A stretch of 64,000 nt of DNA, from contig MU057632.1 of the NCBI GenBank assembly GCA_013265495.1, forward strand, positions 1,100,054 through 1,164,053, written 5' to 3'. Of this stretch, positions 24,912-37,182 are shown one piece after another. Position 1 is the first letter of the stretch. Every line of letters starts with the position of its first letter. Source of the DNA: Vicugna vicugna (Eukaryota). Both the position numbers and the translations under genes were made by a program. The notes beneath the pieces were generated by a model. It was not told the origin of the DNA. It made no database searches and worked only from the letters and a program-made list of their open reading frames with translations.

Positions 24912-25610
24912 CTTTTTTATTCATTCAGATATAATTTACATACAGTGAAATGCATAGATCTTAAGCATACAGTTTGACCAGTTTTGACAAATGCATACAC
25001 CTGTGTAATATACAGCCCTACCAAGATATAGATCACGTCCATCCCTCCAGAAAATTGCCTGTCAACCCGTCACCCTTGCTACCATAAACCAGAACATATT
25101 CTGGCTTCTAATACCGTGGATTAGCTTTGCCTGTTATAGAGCCTCGTGTAACGGAATCATATGGTCTGCACTATCTGTGTCTGGATTTCTCATTCAGCAT
25201 GATGCTTCTGAGATTCTTCTGTGTGTACACGTGTCAGTGGCTTGTTCCCGTTTATTGCTGGATAGCATTTCACTGGATGAACATACCACAGTTTTTAAGT
25301 TCATTCTCCTGCTGATGGACATCTCAACTATTCCCACTTTCAGGCTACTATGAAGAAGGCTGCTATGAACATTCTTGCATATGAATTTTAAAAATAAATA
25401 TTTTCATTTTTCCTCAACAAATCTCTATAAACGGAATTCCTAGGTCATGATGTAGAAGCATGTTTAACTTTTAAAGAAATGACCAAAGGGTTTTCTAAGG
25501 TGGTTGCACCATACTGTGCTCCCACCAACAACATGTAAGGATTCTAGTGGCTTATTACCTTCCCCAGCATTTGATGTTGCTGGTCTTTTTTATTTCAGTC
25601 ACCCTAGTGG
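24912..25610 (-). mobile_element. Old L1M 3' end nested in an L2
   Basis: gatataatttacatacagtgaaatgcatagatcttaag...gctgctatgaacattcttg...ctcccaccaacaacatgta. Confidence 0.85.
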
Positions 25611-26732
25611 GAGTGCCTTATCCTCCTGGAAATACTCTCCTCCCTTATATTTGGTGTAACAAGGGTCTCCTGGGTTTTATCCAGCTTTTCTTTCTCCTTA
25701 ACGTCCTTGCAAGGTCATTGTCCTCTTGAAACTTTTAAGGGCTCGTTCCCAGGCTTTCTCCGTCTGGGTCTAATCACTTATCTTCACCTATAGCTTCCCT
25801 GACACTTGTGAGGAGATGGTTCATAAATTCATACTTCCAAGTCATCCTCTCCTCTGAGTTCCCACCCTACAACCTTCAAAAGCCAGTGGCCAGTACTGCA
25901 CTGACCACTTCCTATCCACCCCTCCAGACACTCCCCAAAGCTGGGGGCACAAGTCAAAAGTCAACTCACGTTCAATCCATTAGGAGGAAAACTCTGTGGC
26001 TTTTGCATCCCAGATCTCTTTCAAATCTTAACAGTTTTCCCTCCCCACCAAAGCCCTTGCCTCCAGCATCTCTCACATGGACTTCTGCCTCCTAGCAGGT
26101 CTATACACACACCTGAGCCTTCGTCCAACGAGTTCTTGATATTGTAGCCAGAATGATCCTCTCAAAATACTAATATAACTGTATCACATCTGTCTTCAAA
26201 ATCTTTTGGTTCTCCGGATGAAGATGAAGTTCTACAACATGACCTGGAAGGTCCCACATTGCCAGGCTTCTGCCTATTTCTCCAAGTTCCTCTCCAGCCA
26301 TCTCCCCTTGGCTTTCTCTTGACTTTCTGCTTGTCCACAACACTGGCTTCCATCCACTTTTTCAGACTCACCATTCCTCCTCCCACCAGAGGTGCTCTGT
26401 TCCTCTTGCCTGCCAGAGACGTCATTCCCTATTTGCCTAGTTAACTCCTACTCATCCCGGATCTTAGCTCAGCCCCATGTTATTTCCATGGGGAGCCATT
26501 CCTGGCCAGCTTGATCTTAATCAGGATTCCTGGTTTATATTATCTTATCAATATACCATTGTCCTGTGTTGCATTTATCAGAGATACTAACTTTATATTT
26601 AATTTCAATTTTATTTAAGTAAAATATATCTCGTCCTGTCAAGGGTAGGGGCCATAGATCTATTAATGTTAGCACAATACATGGCATATCATAAATGCTC
26701 AATCCATTTCTGTTCTGAGAAGAAATGAATGG
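25611..26732 (+). mobile_element. L2 3' portion
   Basis: L2-like body ending tggcatatcataaatgctcaat...aatgaatg. Further L2-like sequence at about 24480-24910. Confidence 0.65.
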
Positions 26733-28217
26733 GTATCATTTACTCTCCTGACCCTCTAATTGTTTCTTGAGAATCCTACTAGCCCTTGGCTGGTCAATGA
26801 GTCATCTAGACTTGGATCAAAGGTTCATCTTTGGTCCACTCATCATGGGCAGGATAGGCTCATGTGAATCCAGGGCTGCTCCATCCAGAATGGCCACTGG
26901 GACAAAATTCATAGCAAGGGCTGTGGTTACAAAAAGGAATGTGAGATGTCTAGATCATGCCAATTCTGTAAATGAGATAAAATGAATTTCCTTAAAAAAG
27001 ACTTTACAGAAAGAACATTTTATGTTTTCAGGTGTGTGGGTATGAGATTTAGATGTACAGGCATGTAGGTGAGATGGGAGACTTCATAGATGTATACGTG
27101 GGGTGTTATTCCCTTCCCATCCCACTGATTCTCTGGGTCATTGACCAACAGTTTAGCTGAAGTCAAACCTCCAAATGAAGGGGAACCAAGGAAAGCACTT
27201 CTCAACAATGAACAAAACTCAACTGGCTTTTCTAAGTGAAAAAAAACGAAATACGATTTTAACCTGTCCATAATTCAAATTCCTGGTAGGAAAAGCTATT
27301 TGGAATCATAAATAAATTACTGTAAGTTGAAAACATTGTGTCTTTCAGAGACGTATTAAAAATTTAATAATAAAATCATCACAGTGAAAAAGCATTAATA
27401 CAACTTAAATATAATTGCAACAAATACCACTGCAAATGGGAACTTTAAATAAAACAGTTCTTGGTCCCTGTAATGACCTACTTCTTTTGACTAATATTAA
27501 ATACAACCAAATCCAAAATCAACAAAATACTTAAAGATTCCCTTGGAGTTTTCTATAACAGGATGGAATCTTACAGAGCAGGCAAAGCAAACCTAAATTG
27601 GAAAAAAAGGTTAATTGTTTGAATGTAGTGGCCATTAAAATGAAACCATGTGGAGAGGGTATAACAGTGGGAAGAAACACTGGATCAAGAGGATGACGAT
27701 CCAAAAGTCTTAGACCCAGCTCCCTTACTGATTAATTAGGAAAAGCTGAACAGACGCCTGGGCTCCAGCTTTCTCTTCTTAAAAGTGGAGATGGAATAAA
27801 TCTTCAGTGGCTAACATGCGTTCTTTTGATCACTGACCCTTACCAGTTGATGGCCTGGAGAATGACATTCAGAAAGGTTCCAAGGCAGCCAACGTTTATC
27901 AGCAATGCTTGTTCTAGCTCCAGGAAGTTGCCTGTGCACTGAACGTCTGCCAGCCCTGGACTTGGCAGTCTCCAAGCGCCCATCCGTATCTCCACTCCGT
28001 CTAGCTGTGTTGTGTCAGAGACCGGTGCTTCTGTGTCCTGGACAAGCGGACTGTGTGGGTCAGTTCAACCAGCACAAACGGAGGTCCCTCTACTTATCAG
28101 CTACAAGGTCAGGTGATGGAAATACAAAGATGATTCAGAAAAGGTACCTGCTTTCAACGAGTTTAAGTTCAGAAGGTGACTTAACCTAGGGGCATTTTTA
28201 AATTAAAAATAGAATCA

Positions 28218-28330
28218 GTATACGAAAATGAATATATGTAGGTATATGTATAACTGGAACATGATGCTGTACATCAGAAATCAACACAACATTGTAAACT
28301 GATTAGACATCAGTATAAATAAATAAATAA
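28218..28330 (+). mobile_element. Very short L1 3' end
   Basis: atgctgtacatcagaaatcaacacaacattgtaaactga plus (TAAA)n, flanked by aaatagaat on both sides. Confidence 0.8.
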
Positions 28331-28829
28331 ATAGAATTGGTACAGTACTTTATGGTCATATGCATCTGATCTAATTCTAAACATCAAATCAGAGAACATA
28401 TATTATGCTCGAAACTGTTACTGAAGTTAGTGATATTTTAATTCAAAGGAAATGTTTCCATTAAGTAGGTCTGTCTAGAGGGTTACTTTTTAAAATGTAT
28501 TATTTACATCCACCCACACTGACATGCAAACACTTTAGGAATACTGTCCTTTAAAAAGCCATGAATGATAAATTAAGCATACACCAGATCGCCTGAAAAT
28601 TCTATTTCAATTTCATCTTGTAATATCCAACATCCCGTATAGTCTCTTCACAAATTCTGGCCAACTTGGTCCTCCCAATAGCCAAAAACACTCCCCTCCT
28701 TTTTTCACTTTCAGAAATTTGCTGATAGAATTCTCATGGTTAGAGTCAACTTCCCACTCTTTCCGCCTACTCATCCCCTACTCATCCATCTAGCATCCTC
28801 AGATGACTTCTCCACTCCACGTCCTCTGC

Positions 28830-29900
28830 GTGCATTCACTCATTCATACACACAGTTTAAAAAAGGCAGGCACCTATTACGTGCCAAGCAAGATGCTTAT
28901 ATGACACAGATAAGAAGGATTCTGCTCTTAGAAGCTGATGCCATACTAAGTTGAGGCTGCTAAGGGGAAAAAGATTCTCTAAAAGACATGCACAGAGGAC
29001 ACACATAAAACTGAACCTGGGAAGTCTGGGAAGATGTACCAGATGAGGTGTCACCTGAGCCAACTTGAAAGGCTGCATAAAAATCAGGTAGATGAGAAGG
29101 AGATTCCTCACAGAGAGAAAAGTATGGCAACTGTTGTCACTAAGTTGTGAAGCAGCAATGACATCTTGAGAACCGGTTCAGGAAGGCTCTGGCAGGAGCT
29201 TGTGCCTGGACCGGCGAATGGAGATGGTGAGCAAAGTGTGGGTGCTCACACTTTACTCTGAAAGCAGAGGGGTTTTACTGATGGGACATGATGAGACGAA
29301 TTTCAGAAACGTCCCCCTGGCAGCAGTGTGGAGCTGGGAGGAGGTCTGGATGGTGTCAGGGAAGTGAACGAGGAGGTTATTGCAGGCAGCCAGGTGAGAA
29401 GGGAAGAGAGTCTATGGTCAAGTAAAGGCAATGGAATTGGGAAATAAAGGGAAAATCAAAGGGGCTCAAAGAGGATCAAATCTGAAGGATTTGACAATAA
29501 AATGAGTAATAGGGTGAAATGGTTCTCTACCCAGAAGGATGGGGATTATGGAAGGACATAATGTTTAGGCAGAAAGTCAACAAGTTGAGGATGGTTACAT
29601 GCAGTTTGAAGTGCGTAGGGGACATCCAGGTAGAAACATTGAGCAGGTGGTCAGGTACACGAATCCAGAATTTCAGGGAGAATTCCAAGATAGTGATACG
29701 GATCTGGGATCATTAACACCTAACTGGGACTGAAGCCATGAGTGTCCTTGAGACTGACCAGAAACTGTGTCTAAAATGGAAAGAGCAGAAGGTTAAGAGA
29801 AGGCCAACATGGAGTCAAGAAAAGACCAAATAGGGACATATTTAAAAAAGAAGAAGACAAATCAGAAGAAAATGAGTTTATAGAAGAAAGGGAAAGAAAG
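28830..29900 (-). mobile_element. L2 fragment
   Basis: Starts cattcactcattca...gcacctattacgtgcca (reverse L2 3' end), then a purine-rich L2 antisense body. Confidence 0.65.
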
Positions 29901-31909
29901 AGCTTCAAAAAGCCCTCCCGTCCTTATTATAATCACCATTCATTTTGCACTATTCATCTTGCTAGCTAATTGGTCTCTTCCAAAGTACATGTCATATTTT
30001 CTAAAATGTATGCTACCTTATCAGGATCTGCCTCCCATGGCCCAGACTGTGTTTGGTTTCCAGACTGTGTTTGGCCTCCCTCCAAGAATCTTACACTCTG
30101 CTGCCTTTATGGAGGGCGAAGCCTAGAAAGTCACCTGACTGGTAATCAGTCACAGTTCTGCTCAACAGTGACTATTCCAGCTCCAGCCTTTGGAGCTCCA
30201 GGTACCGTGGAATCCCTCTCCAATACCTGTGTCTGGAACAAGACTCAGACCACAGTATCTTTTCCAGACTAGTACCAAGTTTTTACTCCAGGCTGCTGTG
30301 TATTAAGTGGCTCAATCTGGCCTAGGGAACAGAGACACCTGTGCATTGAAGTATCTAAGCCTAATTATAAGAAGATATCGCTGTCTTTCATTTTTCCAAA
30401 AGACATTTTTATAACAATTGTCATGATGATCATGAAGAATATCAAAGTAGAATCTTTTCATAATTTTTACTCCTACCAAAATTTTAATATCCAAAATAAA
30501 TCAGCTAGCTCCTTTCAATATCCCTTTATTTCAGCTATCAGGATGTAAACTGTATCCATTTTCTTTTCCTCCAGAAAAAAAAAGGGGTTAGGAAAGAAGA
30601 CTTAAGCTCCAATATATTACAAGACAGGGATAGCTAAAGAGGATGAATCTGCTGAACCGTGTGAAATACAAAAGGAAGGCTGTTGGGTTACTTGACTTTT
30701 GCTTTCATTTCTTTCTACTAAGACACTAAGCTATCTTTTGGACCTGGACAGAACTTCTGAATGTGGATAGATATACTACCCTATATTTAAAGAAACCTGA
30801 TACATTGATTTGTACATTCCTTAGATATTTCATACACCTTCTGCTTAATTTTTCTAAAATGTAAACCCGCAAAACTGAAAACAGAAGAGCTAGCCACTCA
30901 AGTAAAGACTTTCTCCTTGCATGTGTTAAGAGCTACACTGCAACCACGAGAACAATAATGTGTTATGTGATGCTTACGCACTGATTGCTTACAACCTGAT
31001 GATAACTTGATATTCTTGAGATTAAGCACACTGCTCAGATATTGATCGGGAATGCTTTGAGTGCAGAAATGTAAGTTGGGAGCTAATCAAATAGACTATG
31101 CAAAGTCTCGCGAACACAGCCAGAAAACTCCATCAAGAGCTACTATGACACTAGCGCCCATTTGTGAATATGCACATCACAGATGGCAGTCCATTAAAAG
31201 AAGCTAAGCTGTGGAAGACGTTTCCATGACGGTACAGATACTTTAATTGGTTTTCAATTCACGTCTCTTCTCTACGTACATATAATGGCATCTTCCAGAT
31301 AATAGTTACCCGAGATAATGACGGAGAATTCCAAATATATATATATACTAAATAATATGTAAATCATTAGCAAGGTATTATCTCTTATATTACATAAAGA
31401 TATCTGTTTGGCTCATATGGTTCTTTAGCATCTGATTAAGCACTTTAATTACTTTCAAACTGCATGCAATTACTTTCTATACCCCTACTTTATTTTACTA
31501 TCTAAACTTTGGAAGAACTATCAAACATTGCATCCTGGAATCTATTTAAATGTCTTCTCTAAGCCTTGCGCTGCTGCTTTGCAAGGACCAAAAGACAATC
31601 TTCATAGACAGAGCCCTGCATGTGGTTGCAATTTCTAGTTACTCTTATTTGAAAATGTTATGAGCTTTTAAATCCAACTTCGTCATAAAAGGTAGCATTC
31701 CACTGAGACTCCGTAATAAAAGAGAACACCTCCTTCTCAGCAAAAGCCTTTCCATTTACCAAACGACGACTTTCAAGAGTCTGTGTCTACCACTTGCTTC
31801 CATTACTTATTGATAATTACTAATTGCTATATTTTATGACAGTGACTTGCTTGATTCTCTGAGGTTTTAAATGTAGCATTTAGTTCAGGGAAAGCAAAAT
31901 TTTTGTAAA

Positions 31910-32042
31910 GAGAGAAACGATAAAGTTTATCCTCCAGTTTGAAATTCAAAATTGAGAGAAAGGAGTATTACCTGTAATTAAAGCAGGAAACAGGCATAAA
32001 CAGATACTGTCCTGGGCAAACCAACGTGTCTAGTTACTTTCC
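31910..32042 (+). mobile_element. Degraded MER94-like hAT-Blackjack MITE
   Basis: aacaggcataaacagatactgtcctgggcaaacc matches the recalled MER94 core and the reverse complement of 44845-44974. Confidence 0.6.
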
Positions 32043-34957
32043 TTTTAAATAGTTCTGTTTTATATTTAAATAACTGTTCACGTGAATGGGAAGGTTTTCA
32101 CAAGTTAGCCACAGACAAAGGAATATCCATAGTCAATTCTGCAGTAGAATTCCATGCTCGATATGCACAGAAAACTGACCTCGATCAAAATAAGTGTACA
32201 TAAATGATGTAAACATGTTAAAGTATACATACAGAAAACCTAAGACATTCAGCACAGAATCTTAAAAAGTTCTTAAACACATATAATCTGTTCCATCATG
32301 CAATGGGAAACCGACACGAAGGGGCAACTATTCTTGGACAAGGATATGGCCCCTGATTCAGCTCATTAAAAATGAATAATATTAAATCTAGTGACACTAA
32401 AATCATGTCTGTTTACCCAGTTTTTCTTCCTAGCAGATGAGGAAATCACCCTAAGCTAATTTCTCGTCTCATTTTTGAATTAAGCCTGCACTTAGGGCTT
32501 TCAAACTTTATCATTTTGCCCACACTGCATTTGGTGCTAACAACATTTCTGGGCTAGCTACTGAGAAAGAAAGTAGAAGGTAAGGAAGGTCAATATAACC
32601 TCAGATCAAACTCTGGGCTCGTTTCATCTTTTATCTCTTTGTCAAATTCTCCCACTGGTAGCTGCAGCCCTGGCCACACTGCCCTGCTAGCACGTTACGA
32701 CGGACGGATTCGTCTACGAGAACTCATCTCTGCAGGACCTCCAGTAGCTGCAATAATCACAGGAGAAGATGATCTTGGGATTCTTCCATCATTTTACAGA
32801 GCAGAGATAATAATGGCACCTCCCTTTGGTGCAGCGGTTGGAAGTTTGGAGGTGCCTCTACTCTCATGTTAAAGCCACGTTAAACTAGAAGGGCAGGTGT
32901 TACCAATTCCACTTTACATGGGAAGAAACTGGGGCTCCGATGAGTCAACTTGTTGATGCTGACACCTGCAGAAAGGGACAACGTTAAGACCAGAATCTAG
33001 TCCACCGTTCTATCTATCTGATGCTCACCTCCCTTTCTGGCCCTGGCAGTTTTAAGGCAGGAACTAAGCCAAACCTGGACCATGAGCAGAGGACTCTCTG
33101 TTTATTCTACCCAACAGCCCAGTGCCTGACCCAATTCTAATATCAGAAAAAATGGTCTTCATGTTGAATTGAACATCACATGATACTTTGTTAGAAACAG
33201 CCTACCTGGTACACAAAATTCAGAACAATATGTTAGGGAGAAGAGAGAGCTTCATGGTGGAGGAACATGGTAGGAAAATGCTAAGCCATTCAAGAACGTG
33301 GGGAGCCAAACAGTCAGATCAGAGAGCCCAGGGAGACATGGGTGAGTCAGCCACCTGCACCCAGATCTAGAACCTGGAGTCCAGAGTCCTTGGAAAAGGC
33401 TGGAAAATGCCACTAGCTATGTGACATCTTCTCCTGCTCATTGTAAGTTTTATTCTCTGGACTCCAGGATCAAGTGTCAGGAAGGCACCTAGCTAGTTCT
33501 GGGAATTTCACTGATAGAAAACTAAGGATATTCCCAGCGTAGACCTCTCAACGGGTGAGCAGGGGGCAGATTAAAATATGTCAAGTATCCAGCCAAAGGG
33601 CCTAAATGTTAGCCTCCTTCCCCAACAGCAGAGGGAAACAAGCCATGACACCCACAGCGTGAGTGCTTCTGAGAAGACTTACAAGAACACTAATGATCTG
33701 GAGCTGATGCACGTGGGTTCTGGGTTCTATGTCTTGAGAAGTCATGTGCCTCAAGATAACTTACGTCAACTCCCAGAACCAGGTCTAAAATATCCAACTC
33801 ATATCTCAGGACACAATGTCCAAAGGTGTTTAAAAAAAAAAACAGTTCATAAAGGGAAACAAAGTGCCACATCATGGACTTTATAATCCGTGGTACAGTG
33901 ACCTCACCCATCTGTGTATGACAGATGTAGACAAGAATATTGCTTTGGGAATTCCTAGTTGGTATCTTTGCAGGGAGCTCACTGCTTACTGCGCAGGTGA
34001 ACTGAAATCACTCTCTTCCCTTAACCAGCTGAGCAAGTAACACTCCCAAGATGCTGTGTTTCTATTCAAGTCAGCGGTAGCACCTATAGCCCACACTGGT
34101 TTCCATATTCTACTTCCAATTTGGTGATCTGCTTACTGCAACAAGGGGTGTCCCCTCCTTTCTGGTCAAGAAGGAATACACGGAGTTAAAACAGCATCAA
34201 GACAGCCCGGCAGAGCTGTGAACTGAATGCTATATTTCTTGCCTTCCATCCTCTTGGGTAACACCTCACATCTTTCCTTTTTTTCTTTTTTAAGGCTTCC
34301 CAGTTTCTGAATTTCCTCCTTGAGCATCTGGGAATCGAGATCTGGGTATGCACATTTGCTAAGATAGGTTTTGGTTGAAAGCAGAAAACTGAAGTAGTTC
34401 GGGGATAACCTTCCCTAAACGTAACCCCGCCCATCAGTGCTGTGAAGGAGGCTAGGCTCTGGGGAAAGGGTCCATTTTCTCTCCTAGGCTTTTCTTTCTA
34501 CTTGACACAGCCTGTTCATGTTATAGTGGCTTTCTCGAATTACTATTCGCCTTTTCTCTTTCCCTTCTTATCCATTCTGGCCTCAGCTGCACGAGGGAAT
34601 ATTTGGGGGTGGAAGATAATAAAACTCCTTGTGAACCTCAATGACCTCATGATGCCTGCACTCCTGGGGACTCTATCCTCACTCCATCCCAGTGGTCCCT
34701 GGCTACCTCTCCATTCTCCCAGTTGCTAGTTGTGGTCTCTCAAATTGAGCCTTATGGGTACATTTTTGGGTTGCAATGTTATAATTGGTTGGTGGGAGGA
34801 AAAGGAGAGAGAAAAGCTGAAGGGAGAGGGAGATGGGACAGAGCCCTTCCACTTTCTTTCTCCTCCCACAAAGGAAGCAGAAATTACACATGTTTGAAAA
34901 GTTAGTGGATGCTGGGTTCCCTGTTAAGAGAAGGGAAGTCCAGAGTCAATACTCTTT

Positions 34958-35096
34958 TTTTTATATAAATATGTTTTTATTTTTATTTTGTTTTTTAAAT
35001 TAAATTTTATTTTTTTAATGGAGGTGCTGGGGGTTGAGCCCAGGACCTCGTGCATGCTAAGCATGCGCTCTACCACTGAGCTCTACCATCCCACTG
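34958..35096 (-). mobile_element. Vic-1-type SINE
   Basis: Very close to tRNA-Ala(AGC). 18-bp TSD ccagagtcaata(c/t)tcttt at 34940-34957 and 35097-35114. Confidence 0.93.
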
Positions 35097-35479
35097 CCAG
35101 AGTCAATATTCTTTATAAATCAATCCACACCATGAATTGTAGGATTTGTATGAAAAATAAAACCTCACAGATTTCTGATTTAATTTTCTTGCCCACATCT
35201 CTGCAATTTAAAGGGTGGCACTTAAACCAGAAACCCCAAACGCCTTGACACAAAGTTAATGGTCTTTCCATTATGGTCTTTATGATCTTCGAACTGGAGA
35301 TGATTCCCCTGCCCTCAGCCCACTGTAAAAGTCTGTGAAGAGTGTGGGTGGAACTCCAGACCCTCCCATCACCAGCATCTGCTCTTCTGAGTCAGCCTAA
35401 CCACTTTTCTGAAACTAAGGAAGGAACAGACATTAATTTAAGGAGAAGGTAGAGGAAATACATGACTTTCGTGGGTGGA

Positions 35480-35770
35480 AGGACAGCGTAGCTTGTGTGA
35501 AAGTACTTGGACTTAGAGGAAAAGATCTGAGCTTAAATCCCCACTGGGCCACGTTATATGATTCAGCTTAAGGAATTACGAGGACTCTCTGAGTGCAGGG
35601 TGAGGATTTGCAGATTATATGACCTGACTTACCTTCTGCACAAGCTATTGTGAGCACCCAAGGACACATATATTGAATGTGAACAGAGTTCAGCTGTTTG
35701 GCATTTGATTCAATAACCACTTAGAATAACAGCCAGCATGAGGTAAATGCTCAATAAATGTTAGTACTTT
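35480..35770 (+). mobile_element. Degraded MIR
   Basis: atctgagcttaaatccccactgggccac...aggtaaatgctcaataaatgttag. Confidence 0.65.
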
Positions 35771-37170
35771 TATTAAATATTCCAATATGGTGCTCAATTC
35801 CCATCTTCAAGCCATCTCTTTCACTCTCTACTTCTATTTTTTTTCTCTTCTCTTACTATTCTGTAACTCCCTTCTCTATGAAGCTTTTATAAGAAAAAGA
35901 AATAAGATTGTCGATCTAATGAAATCTTCTCTGATTTAGGTCCCGGATAATGCAGTTTGCAACCCATGTAATATATCGGCTTATGGTGTCTGGTGACAGT
36001 TACTTGAAGGAGTATTCATTGAGGAAGTTAGGTTTCAAAAAACTTTCAGAATGCACGCACACCCACACACACCTGCATGCAGCCCTCCAAACCCTACTGA
36101 GATTTAAGAAAAACTTTTTATTTGTAACATAATTAAACCGACCATTAGAAATTATTTGCAGGACTCAACTATTTCTACTTAGACAGCAATGGCATTTAAA
36201 ATTAATGCACTTTGCCAACAAAATGAATTGCTTTTATAAGAAAGTACTTACAATTTCAAGTATTTTTTTCCTGAAATCTTGAGGTGAAAGTAACTTCATT
36301 ATTCTTTTCCATTGATACATATTTAAAGACACGATCAAGACCAAATTCAAGGAGAAATATATGTTCAAGGCTGATGAAACTGTACAAATACGTTTTCACT
36401 GATATTTTATAATGTTTCTTTGGCGTATTCACCCATCAGTTTTCTCTCTGCTCTCTGTTTTCTACATTGTGAACAGAGAGAGGGCATACACAATGGGTAG
36501 CGCAAGGTGATAATTCTGCAATAATGACAACAGTGAATTTGAAGTCTAAGTGCCCTGTTACCAGAACTTCAGCTTTGCAGGGCCTGTTGGGAAAGTCATT
36601 TCTCAGATATGTGATAGGATGGACCACACTTTACCACAAAAACTTATCTCTGCTTAAACAGATAGTCCACAGCCTGTGAAAAGCCTCCTTTTTTCCAATC
36701 TATTTTTATGCAAAGTGTAGAAGAGGCCACAACCTATGCCCTATGACTAGGTGTCATTAAGATCCCAGGTATAAATGTCTCCTGAGAAAGCTCAATGATC
36801 TTTTAGTTTATAAGACATAAAACGGAAAAAAAAAAAAAGTCCAGCTCTGTTCCACTCACTGCGGACAACATGACAAGCCAACATGGCAGCAAACTGGGAT
36901 ACCAAAACATCACTAATCTGCCACTGCACACAGGCCAAGATATTAGCAGAGGAGGCAGGTTGAGAAAGTTAGGGGCAGAGGCCTGGGATGATGGAGGCCT
37001 GTTGTGTGAGGGCATCGCCCACTGTGATATTCTGTGAATGCTTGCAATAAAGGAACCCCATTCACAGGCTGGGGAGGGTGGTCACAGGAACAGCAGTGGG
37101 AAAGAGGTCTTAGATGGTAGATGCGAACAGTTGGACAGTGTTTTCTTTCCTTTCCTTTTTTTTTTTTTTT

Positions 37171-37182
37171 NNNNNNNNNNNN
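37171..37182. other. Assembly gap (12 N) inside a poly(T) tract
   Basis: N run flanked by T runs on both sides. Confidence 0.99.
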
